DNA of 64,000 nt from Sphyrna mokarran (lineage: Eukaryota): the NCBI GenBank assembly GCA_024679065.1, contig JAGIQG010000010.1, forward strand, positions 9,920,001 through 9,984,000, written 5' to 3'. This document shows, in pieces, positions 36,602 through 50,556 of the stretch (within the stretch, counting starts at the first letter, position 1; each line of letters opens with the position of its first letter). Both the position numbers and the translations under genes were made by a program. The notes under the pieces are model-generated. The model worked only from the letters and a program-made list of their open reading frames with translations. It did no database searches and was not told the origin of the DNA.

Positions 36602-38247
36602 GTTGATTCAGTCTTGGAGACACAGTTTAGAGCAAACCAAACTCCAAAATAGACCTTGCTCACTTGCTTTCTCTTCCCTCTAAATCCCAAGAAGGATAGC
36701 ATTAATTGGTCATTATGTAACTAATTGGTTCAATAGTAAGTGGACAACAGCTTTCAGGAGATCCTGCAAGTCATGTGGTGAGCTGTACAATTCACCTTAA
36801 AATGTATAACTACACTACCACTGTCCAGTGAGCGAGGCACGCAAGTGCACCATGTCCCATAAAATGATGGTTCCACCAGCCAGTGGAATGGGAGGCCCCA
36901 GTTATGACTAGTTTTCGCTAAAAGGTATCCAGGAGTCATTTGTTCCTGAGTACCAATGTTGGAGCATCAATACTAAAATGAATTTTTACTATCTATTGTG
37001 ATTTACAGCACATCCTATAGCTATGCAAATTTATTCCATGAGAGGCTGACCTATACATTGACAAAAGGTCCATGTTCATTCTCTGGCCTGCACACTAAAC
37101 CAGAGGCACGCTCAGCAATCTTACATTTACAATGGGAACAATTGCCATAGGTCTGGACTCTTGACTGCGACCCAGAAATTCTCTCTCGGAAGAGTGTGTC
37201 TCCAGCTGAGGAAAGGGTTTTCTCCTCACTCCAAATTCATCTGGTCAATGGTCGTTGTGGCAATTACTCCCAGCGGAGTAACAAATAGTTAACTCCTTCA
37301 AGTGTAGAACAGCGATGTAAAAATTGGCACAAGACAGTAAGTATTCAAAATATGAAAAGAAATTTCTATCCCTCCTTAAACAAATGGGTTATCATGCCAC
37401 AGTATTTAATTTTCATGTGCCCTTGGAGTGGAAAAGTAAAAGGGAAATTGGTTCTCAGTTGAGGAGATCTGCACACTTCAGCTTTAGTAGCATTATGTAC
37501 AATCATTCTTGAATACGTTATGTGCTGGAAATCTTGTTCATACGCTGTAAGCTGCCAAAGATAATTTAGCATTCTTAAGCTCTGTTTCTACAGGATAACA
37601 GGAGTCTGTTTAGATTTGCTTAATCCAAAGTAAATAACTTCATTTCACTTGCCTCCATGATTAACTATCTCCCACTAGCTTTAAACATGAATTTTACTTT
37701 CCAAAATAGTCAATTCCATATAATTCAATAAGCAAGTAGGTTTGGCTTCAGCTAAGCAGAATTTCTTGCCTTCTCTCTGGCTATTTTCCACGTTGGCGTT
37801 CCTTCTGTACTGAATGCTGAAGCCTTTTTTTATAATTGAAAGGAAGCAAAAATGGGAGATTTTGGCCCAGCCAAAAGTGGGCATTTGTCACAGGCAGGAT
37901 GGAAAAATTTGGAGGGCTGTCAAAAGTCAATTGACAATGCCCACCATGGACAGACGGGGGTGGGAAAATCCAGGTCAAAATGGTGATCCCATTAAATGTC
38001 GGATTTTAGACATAGGCAATAGGTAGGATTTTCCAGCTCTTCAGGTCAGAGAGATCTTCCAGCCCCATTGGACACGGCCCCCCGCAATGGGCCCCCCCCA
38101 GAGTGTGGCTGTGAAGCAACGCCAATGGCCACTGACTTTGGCTATACTGAGAGATCCCACTGGAGCAGGGGAGGGCAGAAAATCTTAACTAATGTCCTTG
38201 AATGTCAGGTCGATGAAATAGTACCAGTGGGGCTTTTACAAAGGAGA

Positions 38248-38420
38248 GCATCCTGACCAATATTTATCCCTCAACCAACATCACAATAACAGATGTTTTC
38301 ACATTGCTACTTGTTGGAGCTTGCTGTGTGTAAATTGGCCGCTGTGTTTTCTACATTACAACAGGAGCTGCACTTTAATTTATTGGCTGTGAAATGTGTG
38401 CGATATCCCATGATGCTGTG
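38248..38420 (+). mobile_element. DeuSINE (SacSINE1/AmnSINE1-related) 3' fragment
   Basis: cctgaccaatatttatccctcaaccaacatcac...gagcttgctgtgtgtaaattggccgctgtgttttctacattacaaca resembles the DeuSINE 3' region. Confidence 0.72.
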
Positions 38421-39035
38421 TAATGTGAGTTTTTTCCTTTCTTCATAGAAATAATTATTTTGGTCTATTTCCTCCTTTGTCCTGAAGGTATAAAACTGCA
38501 GCTTATTTAGACACCAGCAAGCCCTTCCAGTCCATATCCAGGAACACATTCTTCACGTGTAACCCTGACCACTGGTGAGGTACTACAACCATGCCCAAAT
38601 ATATTCTCAATCATACATGTGCACTTTCCAGAAGGAATCAACAGCGAGTTATTAGGAGTAGGAAACCTGGATGATTTTTCTCCTCGCTAATCCTGAGCTA
38701 TTGAAACTAATCACAGTACTTCTTACGTTGCCTTAGTTTGAGATCAATTAACTGAACATAGAGTAGAAATTGGACTTGGGATCTCCATCACAGAGTGCCT
38801 TTAACTCACCAAATTAATTGGGACTGCTACAAAGTTATATTTGATTGAATGGATAAAATGGCTTGAAGAGGTGTTAACTTCTATTGGCAACCCTTAAATC
38901 ATCCTATTTATAGGAAAGCTTTGTCAACTAGCTTAAAAATAACTCGAGAAACAGACATGGCCTGTCTTTTGCTGCAGATGTTTGATACACTTTTAAATGG
39001 ACAATAGTTTTGTCTGTCACATGCTTTGATTAATG

Positions 39036-39360
39036 GAGTGGCACGGTGGCACAGCGATTAGCACTGCTGTGTCACAGCTCAAGGAGCTGGGTTCAATTCC
39101 CAGCTTAAGTCACAATCTGTATGGAGTTTGCATGTTCTCCCCGTATTTCGTCCGGCCATTCTGGTTTCCTCCATCACTCCAAAGAGGTGCAGGTTAGGTT
39201 GATTGCTCATGTTGAATTGACCCTTAGTGTCCTCGGATGTGTAGGTTAGAAGGATTAGGAGGATAAATATGTGGATTGATGGAGATAGGACCTGAGTGAG
39301 ATTGCTGTCAGTGCGGTCTTGATGGGCTGAATGGCCTCATCCTCCATGTAGATTTTCTAT
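39036..39360 (+). mobile_element. HE1-type V-SINE
   Basis: Head, V-domain, CR1-like tail. Confidence 0.9.
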
Positions 39361-40412
39361 AATAATGGTATAATTTGCTGCTCTCATCACTGTAAAACTT
39401 ATGACTTTGTCTATAATGTCAGCCACAGCCAAGATCCATTAGTTCATTTTATGTCAACATTCCCGTCACCAATTTTCATTTCAGAAATCTTAATGACTGG
39501 GGGCTCAGAATTATTCCCCAAATTTGATGAAGTGAAACATTGCTTCTGCATAACATAATTCAGTTAACAATCAGAACCAACCGGAATACAAATACTAATT
39601 CTCCATACGAATTGTCAATTCTATTTTTGAGCCTGCAAAAATGCAAGGGGCCTCAACATTGCAGCTCTTCATTTGATTATAGCAAAGTTATGTCTGGCTT
39701 CTGATTATCTTCTTTCATATCAGTAAACATGGCAATGGGTTCCAGTACAGATTCTACTTCAGTTCCATATGCCACAAATTCAATCTGACATTCCTTCAAA
39801 ATTTCCCATTGCCTTGCGAAGAAACCACATAGTGCTTGGATCAATGCATTAATGAGTTTATTAACTGCCTCCCCTGCTGCAATATTACACACCATTGGAG
39901 GATCCTCGTGACTAATTTGATGTTGTGCACATTTCAATTCAAAAATTTTGCCATCAACAAAGACCTTTCTTAGTTCACATTTTCCTTCTGAATTTAAAGT
40001 GACTCTTCAATACATTTTATTCCCAAATTCACTTATGTCTTGTAAAAGCATTTTCCTCACGAGGGTTCAGCATCTTCATTAGCTGTAGGAGGCAGCATCA
40101 CCTCCCAGCGGAGTGGGCTAAATGTATTTCCTCATAAAGTATTCTTTTGTGAGAGCTTCAAAATGAATTAGTTGTTGCATGCGCTGACAAAAGAAATAGC
40201 TATGAACTGTCAAGTATTTACCGCTGCCTTTGGAGAAGTGTGATGTCTCGCACACTGAGAGAGCTACCCAAGGTTGCAAATGGTCACAAAGGAGGAAGGA
40301 CATTGAGCAGAATGTCAAGATCAAACCCAGCCAGGATCAGTTAGCCAGGCAACAAACTGTAAAACCAAACAAGTGCCTGCGCAACACAGTTTCATTCCGA
40401 GAGCATGCATTT

Positions 40413-40724
40413 GCAGCACAGTGGTCAGCATTGCTGCCTCACAGCACTGGGCACCTGGGTTCGATTCCCAGTTCGAGTCACTGTCTGTATAGAATTTGCA
40501 CGTTCCATCCGTGTCTGTGTGAGTTTCCTCCTGATGCTCCGGTTTCCTCCTGCAGTCTATAGCTGTGTGGTTAGGTTGATTGGCCATACTAAATTGCCCC
40601 TTAGTTCTGGGGGATATTTAGGGTAAATACATGGGGTTATGGGGATTGGGCCTGGGTGGGATTGTGGTCGGTACAGACTCGATGGGGCCTAATGGCCTCC
40701 TTCTGCACTGTAGGATTCTATGAT
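40413..40724 (+). mobile_element. HE1-type V-SINE
   Basis: Head, V-domain, tail aatggcctccttctgcactgtaggattctatg. Confidence 0.9.
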
Positions 40725-41724
40725 TTGCTCACTAAGTTAGCAGGTAGTTTAGTTCAAAAAGGAAAATGCATGCATTCTAGCATCGAAAACTACAAACAGC
40801 TTGGCAAAATTAAAAGTTAGGAAGAAATGAAATCCGACATTTGCAACTGGCGAAGTTGGAACAGTAATTGTCCAAGTTTGACAATGAAACAAATTTGTTA
40901 AAAAAAAAGAAAACTGGTCACATGGTGAACAGAAAACAGAGAGGGGTAAATTTTCCCACCATACTCTGCTGCAAGAGTCATCCTGGATAGGACAGATTAT
41001 TTGACAGACTGTTTAAAGGTCAGTTGATCTTGGGTGGAAAATCCCACACTGAATCCTCCCATAATCATAATTCAGTTTTGCAATTGCCGTTAACAATGTT
41101 ATCCACTGGTAGCACCCAATTAGAATTAAAACAACAGCTATGTTAACACTATACAATGTGATGGCAATAGAAAGGGCACTTGATTTTTAAGTCAGGGTAT
41201 ACAAGTTGTTAATTTGAGGATTTGTAGACTTGTCATAGGCTCCTTGACCCCTGCTCTCGATATTTATCACGTCATCTGAATACCTTCACTGTGTTAAACT
41301 CAGAAATCCATAATCCTCTCTTTACTCAAATGTGTTTAAGTGAGAATTTTATTCCAAACTACCAGATATTTCATTAAATTGAAAGCTGACGTAATACTTC
41401 ACATGTTTAAAGTAATATTATTTTCACTGACACTTGGTATGAACACAAAAAGGAACTAATTATGTTTTAATTGAGAATCTGTTATGTTCTACATTTTATC
41501 AGCTGAGTTATCCCATGCTTAACCTTTTCAAACCATAGTGTTATTCAAAGCAAGAAGTGCATCTAATTTATACTGCTAACTATTGAAGATTGCTATACTT
41601 GGAAATATTTTGTACTATCACTGTAGTCTGTCAATAAAAAGTGCATTTCTGTGCAGTATTTAATGAAATGAGATTTTTCTTTGGAAATAATATAGTTACG
41701 TGCTATGGGTTATTCATGAAAATC

Positions 41725-41925
41725 TGGAATTACCATGGCTAATCCACTTGACCTATACATCTTGGGAGATTAAGGGGCAATTTAGCCTGGTCAATCCCCC
41801 TAACCTGCGCATCTTTGAACAGTGTGAGGAAACTGGAGCACCCAAAGGAAACCCACACAAACAGTCACCCAAGGCCGAAATCGATCCCTGACGCCGTCAG
41901 GCAGCAGTACTAACCACTGTGCCAC
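41725..41925 (-). mobile_element. V-SINE, partial
   Basis: taaggggcaatttagc...gaaactggagcaccc...gcagtactaaccactgtgccac. Confidence 0.85.
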
Positions 41926-44900
41926 TAACAAGTTTCTTTACAGGTGTAAATTTGTCTGAACACTGAGAGTCCTGGAGAGCAAGTGGCATCTCTTATGAAG
42001 TTGATTTTAAAGAGGGTTTCAGTCATCGGTACTGCAAAATATGATTCAAGCATCGAAACCCAGCCCTGCCCTGAATGGGTTTGCCCATTCCTTATGGCGG
42101 AGTTAAAGTCATAGGCTGCGATACTCAAAAAGAAACTACAGTTTGAGTGCAGATATACTTTCAGATGCATAATAAACCATTGACTGCATCAGCCCCAGAA
42201 CTATTCCCAACTGAGTGAATCTGGCAATCCCCTTCTCCACCCCCCCCCACCCCCCACCCCTCCCAACCTCATTTCTCACAGAAAAAACTCCAATATGTCC
42301 CCTCGGATGAAATTTTCACAATTCTTGGCAGCTGAATTGGGAGCAGTCTTGAGTAGTAGGTTCTTGCAAACCAATCATTTCAGCAAGAGTTGTTAAGTTC
42401 TCTTCACATCCAGACAGCAAACACTGCAGAGTTTCACACTATCAGTAACTCAGGATTTGACACCAAGGATTGAGTCTCATGGTGCTGACTCAACACACTT
42501 GGTGACACTCTCTGTTGATTCAACAAGTTTGTACATTCTAATGCCACTCCAGAGTTTGAATGTCTTAAAAACCTAAGATTCACACATAGTTCAGTTCTAC
42601 AAAGTTGCTGCACTACCAAAGATAATAGGCTGAGGATTTGAGATTTATCTGTCTGCTATCCAAGTGTTGTTAAAGAAGTATCCCGGTGACAGGACAGATA
42701 AGCCACCCAGCCTCAGTAACCCTTCATACCCTCCATGCTAACCTAAGTCCCTCTACCCTTCTCCAATGGCCCTTCATATCCTCCATTATATAAACCCACT
42801 AAAGATAATTAAATCTACTCAAATACTGAAATCCTTATGAAAACAAACATTGAGGCCTGAAATTTTAGGAAGGTAGGAAAAAGAAATGCCAGGCTTGTTG
42901 GGGTGCTGGGGAGACAGGGTAAAAAGGGGGCTGTTGGTCTTATATTCTGAATCCCGTATCAAAAAGAGCTAATGCTGTCAATCAAATTGTGAACTTAAAG
43001 TCCCCTACTGTGATCCTGATAGGTTAATGGCAGCTCTCAGCAAGCGTGACTTCTGCTCCCAATTCACAGGCCAAATGGTCTTCTTCTGCATTGTGGGGAT
43101 TCAACGGTTCAGTGGGAAGCTTGATGAACAAATTAATATGACATGAAACCAAGAATTGTTTTCCTGACACAGGAGAACATTTGAAATTTCGTCCTCCAGA
43201 TTTTAAATAATGTCGGTCAGCCTTTTGCACATATGAGCAGGTCGTGCACACTCATTAAAAGATCACCTCATTAGAAATAAGCTCCCCCGTCAAATTAAGT
43301 CGAAATTTAACAGGTTCAATTTAACAACTGTAGAAAAGTGATGTACACCTGGCTAACTTTATTTCTTCCATGACATTCCAGGGCAGTCAAAGCTGTTTCT
43401 GGTTTCACCTTCTATGTTTCTAAATTAAATATAGCTTTTGGGGCTAAAGGAATTAAGAAATATGGGAAGGAAGAGTAGGGGATCAGGATATTGAATTTGA
43501 TGATCATAATGGATTGCAGAGCAGACTCGAAAGCCAAATGACCTACACGTGGTTCCATTCATATCAGCACATCGGTAGCGAAATTGGAGGTAAGACAAAA
43601 AGCTGAAGCAGGGGTAGGGTGAAATGAAAGACATGGAAACATTTATATTTCCATTCCTGTCACCGAACTTGGACTGAGCAGAAGACTTTGCCCATTTCAT
43701 TGCCTATTTTTGCTACCTCATCCACAGTATATTTCTTCCATTTTCTGTTCATATTTTTGATTGATATTTTGATCGGTATTTTGGATATGTCCAACATTAA
43801 TTACAGAGACTACGAGTTCACATAATGTGGCAGCTTGCTACAAATTTGAGCCCAGTGATTCACTTCAGTATAATACAGGAAACCAGAATATGTTTCTCGC
43901 AAGATTCAAATAAAGATAATGTAGTCTTGCATTTCGGTCAACTCATTGGCCCACTAAGCAATAATTCCAATCGTTTTTATCAGAAACCATCATACATTTT
44001 GTGTAAGCAGTGCAAATATGTTGTCAACAAAGTCACTGTATCAACTACTAAATGTTAACTATTTAAATGTGGTGATCACAGCATATCTACAGAGTAACAA
44101 ATGGGTGGAATATTTTAAGCGAAACATCTTTGGGACTTGTGAATTCAGCTTCCTTCTTCATTCGCAAAACCCTTCTATGGTGGGTAGAACTCAATTCTGG
44201 TGCTGATAATTTATATTTGCAGCAATTAAATCTTTTGTTGCTGAGTCTGCCTTAGGAATTAAGGCAGGAAATGGCCCTGCAATGAGTTATATACCTCATT
44301 TAGCCAACAATTCCATCACAAAAGCTTACATCTGTAAAACACATGAGGGACACTGGCCCTCAGTGTTTGCACCTTACATAGGTATAGTCAACCCATTAGT
44401 CATTATGCAGACGCTTATATATGCAGCCAATGTTTCACTGTAATCTCATCAATGGCTACAAACACTAATGGATTTCACCTCTGTGTCACTGACAGACCGT
44501 TCCACAACTTTTTTTTCTCATTTTGGAGCTCCAATACATACTAGCACTCATGCTCAATGGAATATTCTCAACTGTTTCAGCTGGATTTATGCATCATGTT
44601 ATTTTTCCTCTGGCTTGCTAAGGCGGGGAAGCAGCAGAAAAAGACAACGCAATGCTCATGAGATACCTACTTGAAAAAAAAACTGGCAGGAATACTTCTT
44701 ATAAATGAGTCACAATGAGTCAATGCATTGGTTACCCTGATGGCTGTGATACAAATTTCCTCAAGACTGATGGAGTGGCAGAGTTTCCAGAATGGGCAAT
44801 TGGCACATAGCTAACAAGCCAACTCAGGGATAAAATGAGTCTTACAGTCTAAAACTATCCGTGTGAGTTCTGTAACAGATCTGCTGTTTTGATTTTTAGA

Positions 44901-45031
44901 CTGCTGTTCATTCACGTGTTTGGACAAATCTACAAAACCAGAGATATCCACAGCACTCTGGCATGTACATTTTCCAGAAATAGTCCCCTCCCACTCCAAA
45001 AACAAAATTAAATGTGTCGATGTTGTGTGCG

Positions 45032-46275
45032 CACTTAATGTGAAAGTGCAATTTATCAAACATCTTAACTAATGCAGTAGAGCCCCATTTATGTATTCTA
45101 TCCATGTGTTGTATGCACCCCCACCCTCTTTTCTACCATCTACATGACATCATTTGCCAACATTATCCATCAATACACATTCAGCCTCCACATTTCAATG
45201 TTGAAACTATTATCGAGATGTATGTTCCTGAAATGAGGCCACACAACAAAGGCAAAACAGATTTAAAGAATTCGCTGCATTTTAAATTGACTTGAGATGT
45301 GACTTGACCCACCGATGCAATGTAATATTTTTTAAGTTGACATCTCTGCAAACCAGAGGCTCAGCATAGGTAACAATAAGAGTCTGAGACAATTGCATTA
45401 TTGATGATTGCTTGAGATTAAAAGTCTTGAATTGCAAATTCAACCCAGAAATGTTAATTCCAGTTCAGAACAATTGGTTTATATGATTTGCCTTTTTGTA
45501 AATGCAGCTTCTGACCCTTGTCCCAAATATTATTTTATTTATTTATACTTATTAGTCTCAAGTAAGGCTTACATTAAGAGTACAATGAAGTTACTGTGAA
45601 ATTCTGTTAGTTGCCATACTCCGGCACCTATTCGGGTCACTGCACCTAACTAGCACGTCATTCAAACTGGGAGGAAACCAGAGCAGCTGGAGGAAACCCA
45701 AGCAGACACGGGAAGAAAGTTTAGACTCTGTACAGTCAGTGACCCAAGCTGGGAATCGAACCCAGGTCCCTGGCACTGTGAGGCAGCAGTGTTAACCACC
45801 ATGCTGCCCAAACAAACATAAAGAAAAATACTTTGTATCACCTTTCGGATGGATGTAACTGCTCTTTACTCTTGATCTTCTGCTTGACATAATTTACTTC
45901 TCCTCTGGATCAGAGGCTGATATGTGCATGGTATGTCACCTAAGTTTCAAAGTAGGATAAGATAGATGTGTGTCTCACAAGTTGTTAGAGTAAAAAAGCT
46001 TATTTTTCTGTCAATACCTCTGTGATTCACTATATCAGAGAAAATTCCAGTGTGGGCAGAGGTTATAAGTAATTGCAGACTGACTTGCAATCCTTCACTT
46101 AATGTCAAGGTGCAATTGGTCAAACCTTTTATAAATGCAGTAGAATCACATTTATTAATTCTACCTGCGGACTGCACACCCCACCCCACCCTCTTTTATA
46201 TCATCCACATGCTTTCACTTGCCAACATTATTCACTGATATGCAGCCAACGACCACATTCCAATGTTGAAACTAT
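45032..46275. repeat. Diverged ~180-bp direct repeat pair (45032-45210 and 46096-46275)
   Basis: Collinear blocks cacttaatgt, gtgcaatt, aatgcagtaga, ccccaccctctttt, ttgccaacattat, caatgttgaaactat. Confidence 0.85.
45531..45809 (-). mobile_element. V-SINE tail B
   Basis: Reverse-complement copy. Confidence 0.88.
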
Positions 46276-46624
46276 GAAAAGAACAATCGAACAGCGTGTT
46301 CAACAGGCAGCCAGAGTGTGACTGACAGTTCAGCATGTCGATCAAGGTTGAAATTTAACTCCCGTGTGTTTATATCACTCTTGGAATATCACTGGTGAAT
46401 TTCCCCTTATGCCAGTTATTCAACATCAACTTCAATGATTGATAGCGACCGCTTTTGAATGTTCTGATCTCCGCTGTGGAAAAGCGAAATGGCAAGTGCC
46501 ATTAGTGTGTTGGGTGTGGAATAAAGAAAAACACAAAATCGGATCTTTCAGTATGCTGAGTTAAGCACAATGGGCTGAATGTCCTCCACTTTGTCAGATT
46601 TTACACGATCTCTGTCAAAACAGA

Positions 46625-46890
46625 TCCGAGGGCACAGATTCAGAGAAAGAGAAAAATCCCTTTAGGTCTGGGATGAGGAGGAATTTCTTCAGCCAGAAGG
46701 TGATGAATCTGTGGAATTCTTTGCACAGAAGGCCGTGGAGGCCAGGTCACTAAGTGTACTCAATACTGAGATAGATCCACTCTTGATTGGAAAAGGCAGG
46801 AGAATGGTGTTAAGAAATATATCAGCCATGATCGAATGATGGAGCAGACTTGATGGGCCAAATGGCCTAATTTTTCTCCTATATCTTATA
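46625..46890 (+). mobile_element. CR1 3' end (internally deleted)
   Basis: gatgaggaggaatttcttcagccag...gatgggccaaatggccta. Confidence 0.82.
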
Positions 46891-47861
46891 ACACACATAT
46901 CGCCCATGTTTATTGTTATCCAAGTATATATCAGGTGACAGGGCAAGGCTCAACTGCTAGTCTCTTCATAATCAAGTTGTCTTATGATACATGATTTGGA
47001 TGAATGATTATTTGCCCCATAAGGTAAGATACCCTATGACATTGCAAAAGAGGCTGCCTTCAATGGAGGAAAGGAGGGGAAATTGTTTGGAGGAGAAATG
47101 GGGGAAAAGGAAAAAGTGAAAAATAAAATCTAGACGTTGCACCCGATCTCCAGACCAAATTTCCCACATTGTTTCCACAATTGCCATGCCATGCACAAAA
47201 CCGCAGTAAGGTTAGCACGCTGAGAATACTTGCTTCCACTTGGCAACACTCATCAAACCACCATCTCTCCAATGTCCAAGAACAAAAGGCATGTGATTCT
47301 AGTCTGTGAAGAAAGGGTTGAGTTATAAATTATGACACAGTGTTGAAAAATGAGACATTGGTGGTTCCAGCATGGAAATTAGCTTCAGACTGTTGATCAC
47401 AATTTGATTCACTTCCAGGAGGGAGGCAACTTCTTTACAGCTTTTGAGATTGTTTAAATGCTACATTTACAATCAATTATCATGAGGCTAGTCATTTGAC
47501 AATATTTAACTGGAAATATTCCTAGTGCACTGAACAATGATAAAATATTTTATGCTGTAGAACTAATCCATCCTGTAGTTATAATGCAAGAATAGTCTTG
47601 GTGCAAGCATTGCAACAAATCTTCATTAGATTCGGTTTTCTGGCAATCAAGTGCACTAAAAATAATGTTATAAAGTGCAGTGAAACATATTCCTCTCAAG
47701 GGTTCAAGTCTCCAAAGGATTAGCTGCTGGAAAGCAGAAGTCCACTTTTTATGAAAGCCTAATTTACAATTCCCTGCACAAAATGGGAAGAAAATATTCC
47801 CTAAACTGTCAGTGAATGTTGTCATGGAATGGCTTCCATGGATTTAAATAAACAGATGGCC

Positions 47862-48156
47862 GTGGGCGGCACAGTGATTAGCACTGCTGCCTCACAGTGC
47901 CAAGGGTCCAGATTCAATTCCCAACTTGGTCACTGTCTGTGTGGAGTCTGCACGTTCTCCCTGTGTCTGCGTGGGTTTCCTCGGGTGTTCCAGTTTCCTT
48001 CCACAGTCCGAAAGATGTGCTGACTGGCAATGATAAATTCTTTCTCAGTGTACCCGAACAGGCGCCACAGTGTGGCGGCTAGGGGATTTTCACAGTAACT
48101 TCATTGCAGTATGAATGTAAGCCTACTCGTGACACAAATAAATTAACTTAAACTTC
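47862..48156 (+). mobile_element. V-SINE tail B (relatively young, CpGs retained)
   Basis: gggcggcacagtg...gtacccgaacaggcgccacagtgtggcggctaggggattttcacagtaacttcattgcagt. Confidence 0.9.
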
Positions 48157-49040
48157 AAACCCATTTATTCGTCCCAGTCCTTTCAGCTGGCTGAGTGTGA
48201 ACATGCAGGATTGTCAGACATGGTAATAAATTTGCTTTTTGATTCCATCTCGATCAGGGCATGGATAATTTAGCTATATTTGCTCCTGAGGGCATTTCCT
48301 GCTGTTGGAATTGCCTCAAGATTGATGTGTTGCGTTTTGAGGCAAAACAAAGATTTGGAACTTCTTCAAGTTGTGACTTACCAACTTTATAAGGTTAAAA
48401 AGTAATTGTTCTAGAGAAACTAGCATTGGTTAACACACCACCAAGCAAATATTAATATCATACAATATTTACCAGTTGAATAGATGTCATTGCATTGGCT
48501 AACTAACAATGGTGTTACTTCTGTCCACTTTACGTTGCATGTTATAGGTCAAGCTCAAGTTTTGATTCTGATAGTCATAACAAACAGATGGTGAATGACT
48601 GGTCATACCATAGAATATAGACTCTGAAATGGGAACGATTTACCACAGGATGTCTGGACTTGAGCAGCTTAGCTAATGCTAGAGACTTTGCTGAACATTT
48701 GCTACAGGCTTCCCTATATTTTCCGCAAAGCCAACCATGGAATGCATGATTGGAGCCACAAGTAGGTCAGACTTATCAAGGATCCCACCCCTTAAGGACA
48801 TTAGTAAATCATTTGTCCTTTGAATGACAACCCAATAGCTTTCATCGTTATTCCCTGGTGCTAGCCCACAAAAGACTGAGGTCAGAATTTTCCAATCCCT
48901 CCTGCCAGTGGAATCTTCTGATCGCAAAATGACCTCTGTTGCATCTGGTCTGAATTATTGAATTCAAACTCACAAAAGCCACAAACTTTGCTACATCAGT
49001 CCCGTGACCACTCAGCAACCTGTATTCTCAACATTAACAG

Positions 49041-49366
49041 TGGGTGTCATGGTGGCACAATGATTAGCATTGCTGCCTCATGGCACCAGGGACCCGAGTT
49101 CAATTCTGACCTCAGATCACTGTCTATGTGGAGTTTGCACATTCTTCCCATGTCTGTGTGGGTTTCCTCCTGGTGTTCCAGTTTCCTCCCATAGTCCAAA
49201 GCTGTGCAGATTAGGTTGATTGGCCATGTTAAATTGACCCCCATGGGATTAGCAGGGTGAATATGTGGGGTTATGGGAATGGGACCTGGGTAGTATTGTG
49301 GTTGGTGCAGACTCGAGGGGCCCAATGGCCTCTTTCTGTACTGTAAGGTTTCTATGATTTCTATGA
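49041..49366 (+). mobile_element. HE1-type V-SINE
   Basis: Head, V-domain, tail. Confidence 0.9.
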
Positions 49367-50556
49367 ATGACAGGCTACCTCCAGACACCTAGAGACACAC
49401 TGTGGTGTGGGTGGTGGGTGGGACGGAGGGACAGAGTATCCTGTCATATCCTTCTGATATCTTTCCTCAGTCAGACTGACTCAGTACGGATATTTTACAG
49501 ATGTTTTGACAGATTCGATATTTCTAACATTACTTATTTTCAAGTCTTAGTTCTCACTAATTTTCCCCATTTCTCTTCTGCTGATGGCCTCTTATTGGAC
49601 AACCATTCCACAAGAATTAATGTAGCACCCCCCCATCCCCAACACCCCCGCCCCCAAATAACTACCTAGTAACTTTCACAGAAGAGCGGCCACCAAGTAG
49701 ATTACAAATGAGCTGTTTATTAACAGAAGTAACTATTTACAGAGAATGATGGAAAGACATAAGTTCTGCACAACTCCAGACTCCTAATCAGTAAGGAAAA
49801 CCTGCACTCAGGCCCAGGATTCATAGGTTCAGCCTGATTGGCTAGATAGATCACATGACCCTTCAAGAACACAACCCTTAAAGGGGGACATGAAGAGAGG
49901 CCATAATTTGCGTGTTAGCCCAGATGCAATGAGCAGGCTTACTTGTTATTATTAGACATGCACTCCACTCTGGTTTCTCTTGAGCCTATAAATATTTTAG
50001 TGTCACAAGTAGGCTTGCAATGAAGTTACTTCCAGCAAGAGTTGGAGAGTAGTGGCCGGGAGTGAGAGCTCAGATCAATTCACCACCCCTTCCGATAGGG
50101 ATTGAGAGAGCCTTCAAACCAACTGAAATGACTCTACTAACAGATTAGTGAACACAGCACAAATATGATAAATTCCTGTTCTCTTTCCCTTTTAACCTTT
50201 GACAGCTAAAAAAAATTATGGAGCCGTATAACTGTTTACATCATTCACATTAACCCTCAGTCACTGAAACAAAACATTTTGAGAATGTTTAATTTTTATG
50301 TTGGCAATCAACTTGAAGGGCAGCTGGGAAAAAAAAACACAGGATCATTTCAATACCAAGGAATATATGAATGTGCCTGATGGTTAACATATCGCACTTT
50401 CCTGGTAGCCTATAATCTGGCAATTAATTTTTGTTTTGCTAAATTCTTCCTGAGTGTACCCGAACAGGCACCGAAGTGCAGTGACTGTGGGATTCTCACA
50501 GTAACTTCATTGCAGTATTAATGTAAACCTACGTGTGACACTAATAAATAACGTTA

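Noticed and set aside
39677-39937. 86-codon minus-strand ORF with protein-like composition
   Set aside because: No recognisable homology to DACH1 or any family I know, non-ATG start, and no convincing splice sites.
37267-40114. Shared 13-mer ctcccagcggagt at 37267 and 40102
   Set aside because: Several 13-mer coincidences are expected in a window of this size.
49715-49892. Possible second solo LTR (ccctttaag, tcatgtgatc, aataaac on the minus strand)
   Set aside because: No clear TG..CA termini or TSD, so too weak to call.
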